DNA from: an uncultured bacterium
GTDB taxonomy: Bacteria; Hydrothermota; UBA3073; NMUJ01; CBEVQO01
Length of the DNA: 64,000 nt
NCBI GenBank assembly: GCA_965552055.1
Contig: CBEVQO010000009.1
Location: 17,202-81,201 of the forward strand
Direction of reading: 5' to 3'
In this document: piece by piece, positions 10,182 to 18,806 of the stretch
Layout: each line of letters begins with the position of its first letter
How positions within the stretch are numbered: position 1 is the first letter of the stretch
Position numbers and translations under genes: made by a program
The notes under the pieces: model-generated
What the model was told of the DNA's origin: nothing
What the model saw: the letters and a program-made list of their open reading frames with translations, nothing else
The model's database searches: none

Positions 10182-10887
10182 AAGAAATTAAAAGATTCTT
10201 AAAATTCTTAAAACCTTACTGGAAAAAAGGATTATTAGCTTTTTTCTTAATGCTTATATCCGTATTACTGCAATTGCCAATGCCCTTTCTTACCCGCTAT
10301 ATCATAGATAAAGTAATTTTACTTAAATCTTTCAAAATTTTAAACATTATAGGTTTTGTTTTAATAGGAGTTATTTTTCTACAATCTTTCTCTTCATTTC
10401 TGGAAAATTATTTATTAACCACTTTTAGAGCAAGGGTGCTTTTTGATGTCCGTTATAAACTATATGAGCATGTTCAATTGCTTCCTCTCAAATTCTTCCA
10501 TGATAAAGGCACAGGATATCTTATGGCAAGAATATCTGGGGATGTTGACACACTACAGGGCTTACTTGCAGATACTTTCATAGCATCAGTAAGAAATTTG
10601 CTCATATTCAGTGGTAGCATTAAAGAAAATATACGCTTTGGTAAGCCATCTGCAACTGATGAAGAAATTGTTGAAAGTGCTAAAAAATCACACGCTCATG
10701 ATTTTATCATAAAATTACCAAAAGGTTATGACACCGAAATTGGTGAAAGAGGCGTAAAATTATCAGGAGGTGAGCGTCAGATAAAATAATCGTAATAGAA
10801 GGAGGTGAAATCGTCGACATCGGGAAGCATATAGAATTATTAAAAAGATGCAGTGTTTATAAAAACCTTTACTTAAATTATTTTTAG
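10178..10887 (+). pseudogene. ABC exporter (TMD+NBD) eroded by two internal deletions
   Basis: TMD start fused directly to [20 protein letters not shown]; no Walker A/B; C-terminal [21 protein letters not shown] continues in another frame and ends at the TAG (10885-10887) of element B. Confidence 0.85.
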
Positions 10888-11170
10888 CCCCGCCTCCGCT
10901 GTCCCCACCTTCCCATGTGCACACCCCTCCTTTCAGTCGGGGTGTGACAAACTACCCTTATGTAATAAACTCGCTTCGCTCGTATTAAAAAATTTAATAC
11001 AAAAATTAAAAATTTTAATATTAATGTTAAAAAATTTAATAAAAAATTTAAAAATTTTAATAAAGTCGTTAAAAATTTTAACTACATGTACACCCCTTGC
11101 AAGGCACAAGTACTGCCTCGACAACACCTTAGCTCTATAAACGCCCTTCCCGCCTCGCATTAAAAATTTT
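10885..11170 (+). repeat. dispersed element copy B (complete short copy + 21-bp array + second partial copy)
   Basis: Left end at 10885; CACACCCC/GGGGTGTG hairpin; right end CTCGCTTCGCTCGTATTAAAA; second module 11085-11170 matches the interior and right end of copies D/E. Confidence 0.9.
10984..11088 (+). repeat. 5 x 21-bp AT-rich tandem repeat, each with near-palindrome TTAAAA-A-(T/A)TTTAA
   Basis: Units start at 10984, 11005, 11026, 11047, 11068 (exact 21-bp period). Confidence 0.85.
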
Positions 11171-11173
11171 CTC

Positions 11174-11202
11174 TTGACATTTTTCATTATTGATTATATA
11201 AT
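11174..11202 (+). promoter_or_regulatory. consensus sigma70-type promoter TTGACA-N17-TATAAT for integrase and possibly cassettes
   Basis: TTGACA 11174-11179, TATAAT 11197-11202. Confidence 0.8.
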
Positions 11203-11227
11203 TATGATGCAAACTCTAGGGTATAAA

Positions 11228-12217
11228 ATGGCAAAAGAAGGAAAAACTCCTTTTGTGAAAATTGATCCGGGAAGAAATAATAAGATTATAATCAGAATTC
11301 CATACAATCAGGATTTGATAAATAAGGTAAAATCTATACCCAGAAGGGAGTGGAACCCACAGGGGAAATATTGGGAAGTTCCTTACAGTGAAGATTTAAT
11401 AACAAAATTAAAGTCTCTTTTTGGAGAAAATCTTGTCGTTGATCCTTACTTTTATCTTATCCCACTCCAGAAGGAACTTTCCATAAGAAAATATTCAAGG
11501 AGGACAATCAAGTCATACATAAGAATTAACAGAGATTTTCTTTTATTCTCTGGAAAGAGACCAGAGGAGATAGAAAATAAAGATGTTAAGGAATATCTTT
11601 ATTATGCGGTAAATCAGAAGAAAGTTGCTGCATCTACTTTGAATGTTATTATAAATGCTTTGAGATTTTATTACGGAGAGATCTTGAAGAAGAGATTCGC
11701 TTACGAGATAAAGAGACCGAAGAAGGACAAGAAGCTTCCTATTGTTCTGAGCCAGGAGGAGGTTTCAAGGATTCTATCTTCCGTTACAAATCTTAAGCAC
11801 AGGCTGATTTTGATGCTCATGTATTCTGCCGGCTTGAGAGTTGGAGAGGTTGTAAAGCTTAAAATCGAAGACATCGATGTGAAGAGAAGGTTGATCAGAG
11901 TAAGGGGTGGAAAGGGAAGGAAGGATCGCTATACGATACTCTCTGAAGTTGCGCTGAAAACTTTTAAAGAATACGCTGAGATCTTTGAGCGAGCAAGGAA
12001 TAAAGCTGGAATAAAGAAGGATGCTACAGTTCACTCTTTGCGCCATTCATTTGCTACTCATTTGCTCGAAAATGGAGTGGATTTGAGATGTATTCAGGAA
12101 TTACTGGGACATAAACATTCTAAAACGACAGAGATTTATACTCACGTGAGCACTAAGAATTTGAGTAAGATTAGAAGTCCGCTGGACATGCTGGGAGGTG
12201 AGAAGCATTCAGAATGA
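11228..12217 (+). CDS. integron-associated tyrosine recombinase with N-terminal extra domain; apparent in-frame deletion in catalytic domain
   Basis: SAM_4-like RKYSRRTIKSY, KKLPIVLS, GLRVGE, GKGRKDR, HSLRHSFATHLL, LGH, IYTHV; lies upstream of attI and attC array; the WLFP-containing segment usually found between KEY and IFERA is missing. Confidence 0.85.
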   Translation: MAKEGKTPFVKIDPGRNNKIIIRIPYNQDLINKVKSIPRREWNPQGKYWEVPYSEDLITKLKSLFGENLVVDPYFYLIPLQKELSIRKYSRRTIKSYIRINRDFLLFSGKRPEEIENKDVKEYLYYAVNQKKVAASTLNVIINALRFYYGEILKKRFAYEIKRPKKDKKLPIVLSQEEVSRILSSVTNLKHRLILMLMYSAGLRVGEVVKLKIEDIDVKRRLIRVRGGKGRKDRYTILSEVALKTFKEYAEIFERARNKAGIKKDATVHSLRHSFATHLLENGVDLRCIQELLGHKHSKTTEIYTHVSTKNLSKIRSPLDMLGGEKHSE

Positions 12218-12220
12218 GTG

Positions 12221-12287
12221 TATACGCAATGCAGATATGACTCTAATTTGGAATGATATACGCAATGCGTATATGAACGAGTTAGGC
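12221..12287 (+). mobile_element. putative attI site
   Basis: Two copies of TATACGCAATGCnnATATGA (12221, 12257; the second is palindromic ATATACGCA-A-TGCGTATAT) followed by core GTTAGGC at 12281, complementary to GCCTAAC ending cassette 1. Confidence 0.75.
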
Positions 12288-12322
12288 GACATATCCCGCA
12301 AACCGTATAAGGAGGTGTGAAA

Positions 12323-13393
12323 ATGAACGAAGAATATGTACAAGAGATAGATGAATTGATAAATATGGTTCCTAAAGATATTGTTAATTTTGCTTTAAAA
12401 AGGAAAAGAGGAAATGTTCCTACACAAGCATTTTCTGAATTTCTTACAAATAGAGAACAAGGTGACTGGGCAGAAGATTTAATTTTTAGAGCCATAAATG
12501 AAATTGAAAACGGAATTGTTGCCGTGAGATATGGAAAATCCGACCAAATTGTAGCAGGAGAGCCAGGATTTAAAGAATTCTATGAAAAATATCAAGATGA
12601 ACTGGACACTATAGGTAAGCGACCTGATTTGCTTATTTTTAGAAAAAATGATTTTAAATTTTCCACCTTTGATATTAGCCACTTTGACGACAATGAATTA
12701 AAACAGGTTGTACCGAAAGCAATTGCTGGATTAGAAATAAGATCGAGTTCATTTCTCGTTCACAAATACACGGAATTTTCTATAAAAAGAAGAGAGGATA
12801 TAATAAATCAAATAGATGAAATAGTAAACAACCTTAAAACTCAATCCTCTGTTCTACCCAGTAGTTGGAAGATATGGCTATCAAATGTTAATCCAGAAAA
12901 TGAGGCAACACTATTTTCGATACCGAGAGCAAGTGTAAAATTAGAATCATTAAAGAGCGCAATCCAGCAACTTCGAGCATTGATTAATTCTTTAAAAAAG
13001 AGAGATTTTCTCAGTTTTACTCCAAAAGCTGAAGATATTTATGTAATCTACAAGTGGATCAAAACTTTTGGTGTTCCCCATTATTATGTGCAAGTATTTT
13101 TCGATCAAGTTTACGCGATCCCTTTTAAGAAGATTTTAGAAATCATATCTGATTCATCTAATGAAGGTAAAATATTCTTCGTTGAAAAGAATACAAAAAA
13201 TCAATTCAAAACGACAATACATATAGATATAAATCAAGGAGTATTATTGGCTGAAAAAATAGATTTTCCTGATCACAGAAGTGAATATAAAGAGCTTGGA
13301 AGGGGAAGATTACTATTTTACGTTACCTTCAGAGGAGGGAAGGCATACTTGGATGTTAATAGATTCTATAAAATGATAGGTCTTCAACACTAA
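12323..13393 (+). CDS. AccI-family Type II restriction endonuclease (cassette 1)
   Basis: PTQAFSEFLTNREQGDWAE, GKRPDLL, GLEIRSS, GRLLFYVTF recalled as AccI-family features; adjacent MTase. Confidence 0.8.
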   Translation: MNEEYVQEIDELINMVPKDIVNFALKRKRGNVPTQAFSEFLTNREQGDWAEDLIFRAINEIENGIVAVRYGKSDQIVAGEPGFKEFYEKYQDELDTIGKRPDLLIFRKNDFKFSTFDISHFDDNELKQVVPKAIAGLEIRSSSFLVHKYTEFSIKRREDIINQIDEIVNNLKTQSSVLPSSWKIWLSNVNPENEATLFSIPRASVKLESLKSAIQQLRALINSLKKRDFLSFTPKAEDIYVIYKWIKTFGVPHYYVQVFFDQVYAIPFKKILEIISDSSNEGKIFFVEKNTKNQFKTTIHIDINQGVLLAEKIDFPDHRSEYKELGRGRLLFYVTFRGGKAYLDVNRFYKMIGLQH

Positions 13394-15027
13394 TGAAGGT
13401 GGTTAAAATGAAAGTGCATGATAAAATATTTAGCGAATTACCTGAAAAAGAATATCTCAAGAGTACTCCTTACGAGCATAGAAGAAAATTAGGGCAATTT
13501 TTTACGCCTATGTTTATAGCAGATTTAATGACTGAATGGATAGTGAATAATGAAAGTGGTACAGAAATATTAGATCCTGCATTAGGTTTAGGAATATTTT
13601 TCAGATCAATTATGAAGAATCACTTTGATAAAATCAAGAAGTTTAATTTTATAGGATACGAAATAGATAAAAACATGGTAAAACTTTCAAAGGATTTATT
13701 TTCAAATATTCCAGAAATAAATGTTCAAATACATAATAGAGACTATCTAACCGAGGACTGGGAAAGAAAATATGATGGTATTGTATGCAACCCTCCCTAC
13801 TTAAAATTCCATGATTACGAACCAAAGGATGTCCTTCTCGATATGTTCAAAGCGAGATTAGGAATGAAACTATCGGGATTTACTAATATTTATACGCTGT
13901 TTATTCTTAAATCAATTTGGCAATTAAGAAATGGAGGAAGGGCAGCCTATATTGTCCCATCTGAATTTTTAAATTCGGATTACGGTAAAAATGTAAAAAA
14001 ATATATCAAAAAGAGTGAGACTCTTAGATTTGTGATAATAATTGACTTTAATCTTGGTGTGTTCGAAGATGCTACAACGACTTCATCTATACTTTTATTC
14101 GCTAAAGATCAAAATAATAAGGAAGTAGAATTTATCAATATTAAGAGCTTAAGGGAATTAGAATTAATCAAGAACTACATTCTATCCTATCCGCTTACAA
14201 GGAAAAAGGGGAGAGTAGTTAAAATCAAGGAATTAGATGAAGCACAAAAATGGAGAATTTATTATCAAGAACTTAATGGAAGTAAGTACAAACATTTAGT
14301 TCCTTTTTCAAAATATGCGAAGGTATCAAGAGGTATAGCAACCGGTGCTAATAGTTATTTTATGTTTTCGGAAAGTAAGAGAGTTAAATATGGTATAAAA
14401 ATGAAATTTCTATTGCCCTGTTTAGCAAAAGCATCTTATGCTAGGAAACATTTTTTTACTAATGGCGATTTCGAGAAGTTAAGAAAAGCGGATAAACCAG
14501 TCTATTTGTTAAATGCTACAGATTTATCTGATGAGAATCTGAGAAAATATATAGAATTAGGAGAAAAACAAGGAATACACAAGCGTTATCTTACAAGTCA
14601 TAGAACTCCTTGGTACTCACTAGAAAATCGGCCACCGGCACCAATCCTTGTGACGGTATTTAATCGAACAGGACTAAGATTTGTACGGAATGAAGCAGGG
14701 GTTTATAACTTAACAGCATTTCATTGTGTATATTTAAAACCTAATATTATACCCAAGGTGGACTTACTGATGGCTTACTTAATTACTGATGTTGCAAGAG
14801 AAATCTTTGAAGATAGCAGACGAGAATATGGAGGAGGATTAAGAAAGTTTGAACCAAATGATCTAAATAATGCTTTTGTTGTTGATTTAGAAAAAATTAA
14901 CCCAGAACATGAAAAAGAGATTTTGAAGTTATTTTACGAATTCAGAGACAAAGAAATAAAAGGAGAAAATACAACTAATGTAAAAAATGAACTTAACGAA
15001 ATATTTTTAGAAATATTTAGGAGGTGA
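13393..15027 (+). CDS. N6-adenine DNA methyltransferase, cognate of AccI-like REase (cassette 1)
   Basis: GQFFTP, ILDPALGLG, NPPY, TRD region with RGIATGAN and REYGGGL. Confidence 0.9.
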   Translation: MKVVKMKVHDKIFSELPEKEYLKSTPYEHRRKLGQFFTPMFIADLMTEWIVNNESGTEILDPALGLGIFFRSIMKNHFDKIKKFNFIGYEIDKNMVKLSKDLFSNIPEINVQIHNRDYLTEDWERKYDGIVCNPPYLKFHDYEPKDVLLDMFKARLGMKLSGFTNIYTLFILKSIWQLRNGGRAAYIVPSEFLNSDYGKNVKKYIKKSETLRFVIIIDFNLGVFEDATTTSSILLFAKDQNNKEVEFINIKSLRELELIKNYILSYPLTRKKGRVVKIKELDEAQKWRIYYQELNGSKYKHLVPFSKYAKVSRGIATGANSYFMFSESKRVKYGIKMKFLLPCLAKASYARKHFFTNGDFEKLRKADKPVYLLNATDLSDENLRKYIELGEKQGIHKRYLTSHRTPWYSLENRPPAPILVTVFNRTGLRFVRNEAGVYNLTAFHCVYLKPNIIPKVDLLMAYLITDVAREIFEDSRREYGGGLRKFEPNDLNNAFVVDLEKINPEHEKEILKLFYEFRDKEIKGENTTNVKNELNEIFLEIFRR

Positions 15028-15078
15028 CGGTTTGCGGGATACGCTTCGCCACTATCGTGGCTCGCCCCTAACGGGGTC

Positions 15079-15169
15079 GCCTAACAAGCGGGTATCTGGC
15101 TTCGGCCTACGCCTTCGCCCAAATCCTTCGCTATCGCTCAGGACTTCAGATACCCGCCAAACGTTATAC
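15079..15169 (+). mobile_element. attC site 1
   Basis: GCCTAAC...GTTATAC cores; inverted arms GCGGGTATCTG / CAGATACCCGC. Confidence 0.9.
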
Positions 15170-15200
15170 GCCATGCTCATGGATGAGGAGGTTGAACTAA

Positions 15201-16412
15201 ATGAATGAAAAATCTGAAAAGGAAATCCTCGAAGAATTTATAGTAAATAATCCAGAACTCGAAAAATTGGAAGAAATTATTAATACATTTAATATATTTG
15301 ATGCTTTAAATATGGTAAATTATGAAATAAGACATTCTATTTTTCTTTCTTGGTTGATGAATCCTCAAGAAAGCCATGGATTAAAGGATTATTTTTTAAA
15401 ATCCTTTCTAAAAACAATAGCTTTAAAAGCTTCTACACTTGGTATAAAAGAAGTCTCAGTATTTGATATAGATTATTGGGATTTTAATGATGCAGAAATA
15501 TTAAGAGAATGGAGAAATATTGACATCCTGATAAGATGCGATGAGCAGAAATTTATTTGCGCCATAGAAAATAAAATATATTCCAAAGAACATAGCGATC
15601 AATTACAAAAATATAAAAAAGTAATCAAAAACGAATACCCGGAATATAAAAAATTGTTTGTCTACTTGACAGTAGAAGGGGATATTCCGTCTGACAATGA
15701 ATACATACCTTTAAGTTATAGTGAAATAGTCCCAATAATAGAACGTCTCATAGAAAGTAAAAAAGACAAATTAGGTTCAGAAATATTATCCTTCATTTCA
15801 CACTATAAAGATATGTTAAGGAGGTATATCATGAAGGATTCCGAAATCCAAGAATTGTGTAGAAGAATCTACCAAAGGCATAAAAAAGCATTAGATCTCA
15901 TTTTTGAGTATAAGCCGGACAAGTTATCGGAAATATACGACTGTCTAGTTGAAATAATAAAAAAGGATAGCGACTTAATCCTAGATGATTCAAGCAAATC
16001 ATATATAAGGTTTATTCCAAAGAGTTTAGATTTTATTCCTAAACAAGGAGAAGGATGGACTAAATCAAAGAGAATACTGCTATTCGAATTTCAAAATACT
16101 ACTGACGGATTGTCTTTATATCTTATTATTGGTCCTGGTTCGGGAGATATCAGAAAAATCCTTTATAATAAAGCTAAAGAAAACACAGGTATTTTTAACA
16201 AATCCAACCGTAAGCTAACCCCGCAGTGGTTTACTATTTACAAGAAATCCGTATTAAAACCCAAAGACTACGAAGATAAAGATATAGAAGAAATCAAAAC
16301 GATTCTCGAAAAGAAATTCGAAAAGATTAAAAATACAGATTTACGCGAAATTGTAAAGAAAATTAAAGAAATTGAAAAAGAAGTTAAGAAATTTAATGAG
16401 CACAGCGTATAA
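15201..16412 (+). CDS. PD-(D/E)XK nuclease family protein (PDDEXK_4-like; cassette 2)
   Basis: EIRHSIFLSWLMNPQESHG, REWRNIDIL, IENKIYSKEHSDQLQKY. Confidence 0.85.
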   Translation: MNEKSEKEILEEFIVNNPELEKLEEIINTFNIFDALNMVNYEIRHSIFLSWLMNPQESHGLKDYFLKSFLKTIALKASTLGIKEVSVFDIDYWDFNDAEILREWRNIDILIRCDEQKFICAIENKIYSKEHSDQLQKYKKVIKNEYPEYKKLFVYLTVEGDIPSDNEYIPLSYSEIVPIIERLIESKKDKLGSEILSFISHYKDMLRRYIMKDSEIQELCRRIYQRHKKALDLIFEYKPDKLSEIYDCLVEIIKKDSDLILDDSSKSYIRFIPKSLDFIPKQGEGWTKSKRILLFEFQNTTDGLSLYLIIGPGSGDIRKILYNKAKENTGIFNKSNRKLTPQWFTIYKKSVLKPKDYEDKDIEEIKTILEKKFEKIKNTDLREIVKKIKEIEKEVKKFNEHSV

Positions 16413-16494
16413 CAGCGGACATACGGCTGCGGTGCTTCGCCCCTTCGCCCAAATTTCCCTTCGGGAAACTTCGTATGTCCGCAGAACGTTGTCC
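16407..16494 (+). mobile_element. attC site 2
   Basis: GTATAAC...GTTGTCC cores; arms GCGGACATACG / CGTATGTCCGC. Confidence 0.9.
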
Positions 16495-16532
16495 GAAATT
16501 CGGCTCGGCGGCTGTAAAATGGAGGTGAATAT

Positions 16533-17522
16533 ATGGCAACAGAAATAAAAGTATGGCAAATTATTGACGGTAAATTGGAGCTTATTGAAACAACAATGAT
16601 TGAAGCGGGACGGAAAGAAACAGAAGACCTTGAGAAATGGATTAAAAGTAACCCCTTAATCCTTGGAGAAGATATATTAATTATAGGAGAACAAGTGCTC
16701 ACAAAATCTGGTTCAATAGATTTTCTTGGAATAGATAAATTAGGTAATCTTGTTGTAGTTGAATTAAAAAGAGATAAACTCCCAAGAGATGTCTTATCTC
16801 AAGCGATAGATTATGCTTCAGATGTGGCTTCGTGGGATGTGGATAAGATCAGCGAGGTTTGTACTAAATATACGGGGCGGAGTTTGGAAGATTACCTAAG
16901 CGAGAAATTTGAGGATGTTGATTTGGAAGATTTGACAATCAATAAAACTCAAAGAATTTTGCTTGTTGGTTTTTCAATCGAGGAATCATTACAAAGAATG
17001 ATTGAATGGCTCTCAAATAATTATGGTGTTAGTATCAATGCTGTTATTTTGAAGTATATAAAAACAAAAGGTAATGAAGAACTTATTGCTCGAACGGTAA
17101 TTATTCCTGAGGAGATAGAAAAGGAAAGAACCAGAAAACGGCAAATACAATTTCCAATGTCCGATGAACCTGGGAGTTACAGTGAGGATGAGCTTAGAAA
17201 GAAGTTGATTGATTATTTGTCTGAAAACAGAGATACCCCTCGTCGTATTAGGGAAATATTACTTCCTTTATGTTTAAAACATAAACTTGTGACGAGGGAA
17301 ATGATTAAAGAAGAGTTGATTAAAAAAGGAGAAGCTGATGACGAGGGTAAAGCAGGAAGAATTTTAACCACGATCTCAAAAGAAATTGGATATGCGCCAA
17401 GAGATTATCTTCGTCAGATTATACAATATGATAAACCCAACCCTTGGGAAAAGGAAAATTATAGATTAATAGAAGATTACAAAGATTTGGTACGAAGTGT
17501 ATTGGAGAATCTGAACAAATAG
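16533..17522 (+). CDS. NucS/DUF91-like PD-(D/E)XK endonuclease (cassette 3)
   Basis: LEKWIKSNP..IIGEQV..IDFLGID..VVELKR..QAIDYAS. Confidence 0.8.
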   Translation: MATEIKVWQIIDGKLELIETTMIEAGRKETEDLEKWIKSNPLILGEDILIIGEQVLTKSGSIDFLGIDKLGNLVVVELKRDKLPRDVLSQAIDYASDVASWDVDKISEVCTKYTGRSLEDYLSEKFEDVDLEDLTINKTQRILLVGFSIEESLQRMIEWLSNNYGVSINAVILKYIKTKGNEELIARTVIIPEEIEKERTRKRQIQFPMSDEPGSYSEDELRKKLIDYLSENRDTPRRIREILLPLCLKHKLVTREMIKEELIKKGEADDEGKAGRILTTISKEIGYAPRDYLRQIIQYDKPNPWEKENYRLIEDYKDLVRSVLENLNK

Positions 17523-17586
17523 GAAGGTGAAAAAATAGTATGCCGCCGAGCCGAACTCTCCGCTTCGCTTCGGTGCTGTCGCACTC

Positions 17587-17680
17587 GGACAACAGGTGGA
17601 TATGTGGCTTCGCCTTCGGTTACGCCCAAATTTGCTTTGCTAATGCTCCGCAAACTTCACATATCCCCAGAACGTTAGGC
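17587..17680 (+). mobile_element. attC site 3
   Basis: GGACAAC...GTTAGGC cores; arms GGATATGTG / CACATATCC. Confidence 0.88.
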
Positions 17681-17737
17681 GTAATCGGGCAGTGCGGCTT
17701 GGAAGAAAAAACAATAAAAAATTGAGGAGGGATTATT

Positions 17738-18259
17738 ATGATTATGAAAGAAGAAAAACTCTACAAAGAAGGGTTTGAAAATTATCCTATTGGTTGCGTT
17801 ATCAGGCAAAATATCTTTTTTCTTGCTTATTTTGGGATAGGGCTTATTGGAATGCTACCGCTCCAAATCCTCGGATTTCCAATAATTTCGGCGTTGTATG
17901 CTCTATTCCTTATCCTAATGCTTCTCTTTGTCTTAAGAAAACATCTCTGCACGCATTGCTATTACTACGGAAAGCTATGCAGCACAGGTTGGGGCAAGCT
18001 ATCTGCTCTTATGTTCAAGAAAAAATCTGGAAATTATCAACTGGGAGTGAAACTTGCTGGTATAACATGGATATTGGCAACAACAATACCCATTGTGGGA
18101 ATTATCCTGGCACTCTTTCTTGACTACTCTTCCTCAAATCTAATCTTCCTTATTCTGTTTATTCTTTTGTCTCCGGTTAATTTCATAAGCCATAAAAAAG
18201 CCTGTGAAAAATGTAAAATGAGATTTATCTGCCCGGCAAGTATGACAAAGGGTGATTAA
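17738..18259 (+). CDS. 4-TM membrane protein with Cys clusters (cassette 4)
   Basis: Four hydrophobic helices; CTHCYYYGKLC and CEKCKMRFICP; RBS GAGGAGG. Confidence 0.75.
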   Translation: MIMKEEKLYKEGFENYPIGCVIRQNIFFLAYFGIGLIGMLPLQILGFPIISALYALFLILMLLFVLRKHLCTHCYYYGKLCSTGWGKLSALMFKKKSGNYQLGVKLAGITWILATTIPIVGIILALFLDYSSSNLIFLILFILLSPVNFISHKKACEKCKMRFICPASMTKGD

Positions 18260-18260
18260 A

Positions 18261-18792
18261 ATGGAGATAAGGGAATTCAAAATTGAAGATTGGCAAAAAG
18301 TGAGATTTCTGGAAATCATTAAATTTCTTAACTCCATTTGATAGGAAATGGATATATGAAAGAAAAATCAGAGAATATCCAGATCTATTCTTGATTGCGG
18401 AAGATAATGGAAAAGTTGTTAGAACATGTATAGCAAACTACGATGTTCAGTTGAGCTACATTCGTTTTTTGATTAAGGAAGGTTACGAGTCTGTAGGAAT
18501 TGAATTGTTAAAAGAAATGGAGAAGAGACTGAGAAAGAGAGGAACTTTAGCAATGTTCATTGTGCCTCGCAAAGGAAAACCATGTGAGAGGTCTTTAAAG
18601 GCAATAAAACTTGAAGGATTAAACAAATATGCAAACTGCGAATTCTGGGTGAAATTTTTAAATAAGAAGGAGGATTTTCCACCATTAGTAATAGGTGCAG
18701 ATGCTACATTAGCTAAAAACCTTCGCCTAACAGCGCGTTTGCGGTTCGCTCCGCTCGTAATAAAAATTTTTATTGACATCCTCACATTTTGA
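18261..18792 (+). pseudogene. GNAT acetyltransferase-like remnant (cassette 4)
   Basis: MEIREFKIEDWQKV start, then frameshifts; LFLIAEDNGKVV and GIELLKEMEKRL GNAT-like segments; reads through the attC4 remnant. Confidence 0.6.
18725..18772 (+). mobile_element. truncated attC4 fused to right-end motif of dispersed element
   Basis: GCCTAAC (complementary to cassette start GTTAGGC at 17674) followed, instead of a right arm, by GTTCGCTCCGCTCGTAATAAAAATTTTTA. Confidence 0.7.
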
Positions 18793-18806
18793 ATAAATAA
18801 AGTGAT

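Noticed and set aside
10984..11088. 21-bp array as CRISPR, or ORF 10933..11187(-) as a real heptad protein
   Set aside because: Units are too short with no unique spacers; the ORF spans non-coding element sequence and is probably a by-product of the 21-bp period
17540..17725. 61-aa ORF (also 16268..16702, 12142..12495 and other short antisense ORFs)
   Set aside because: They overlap attC/attI sites or lie antisense to well-supported genes; no recognisable motifs
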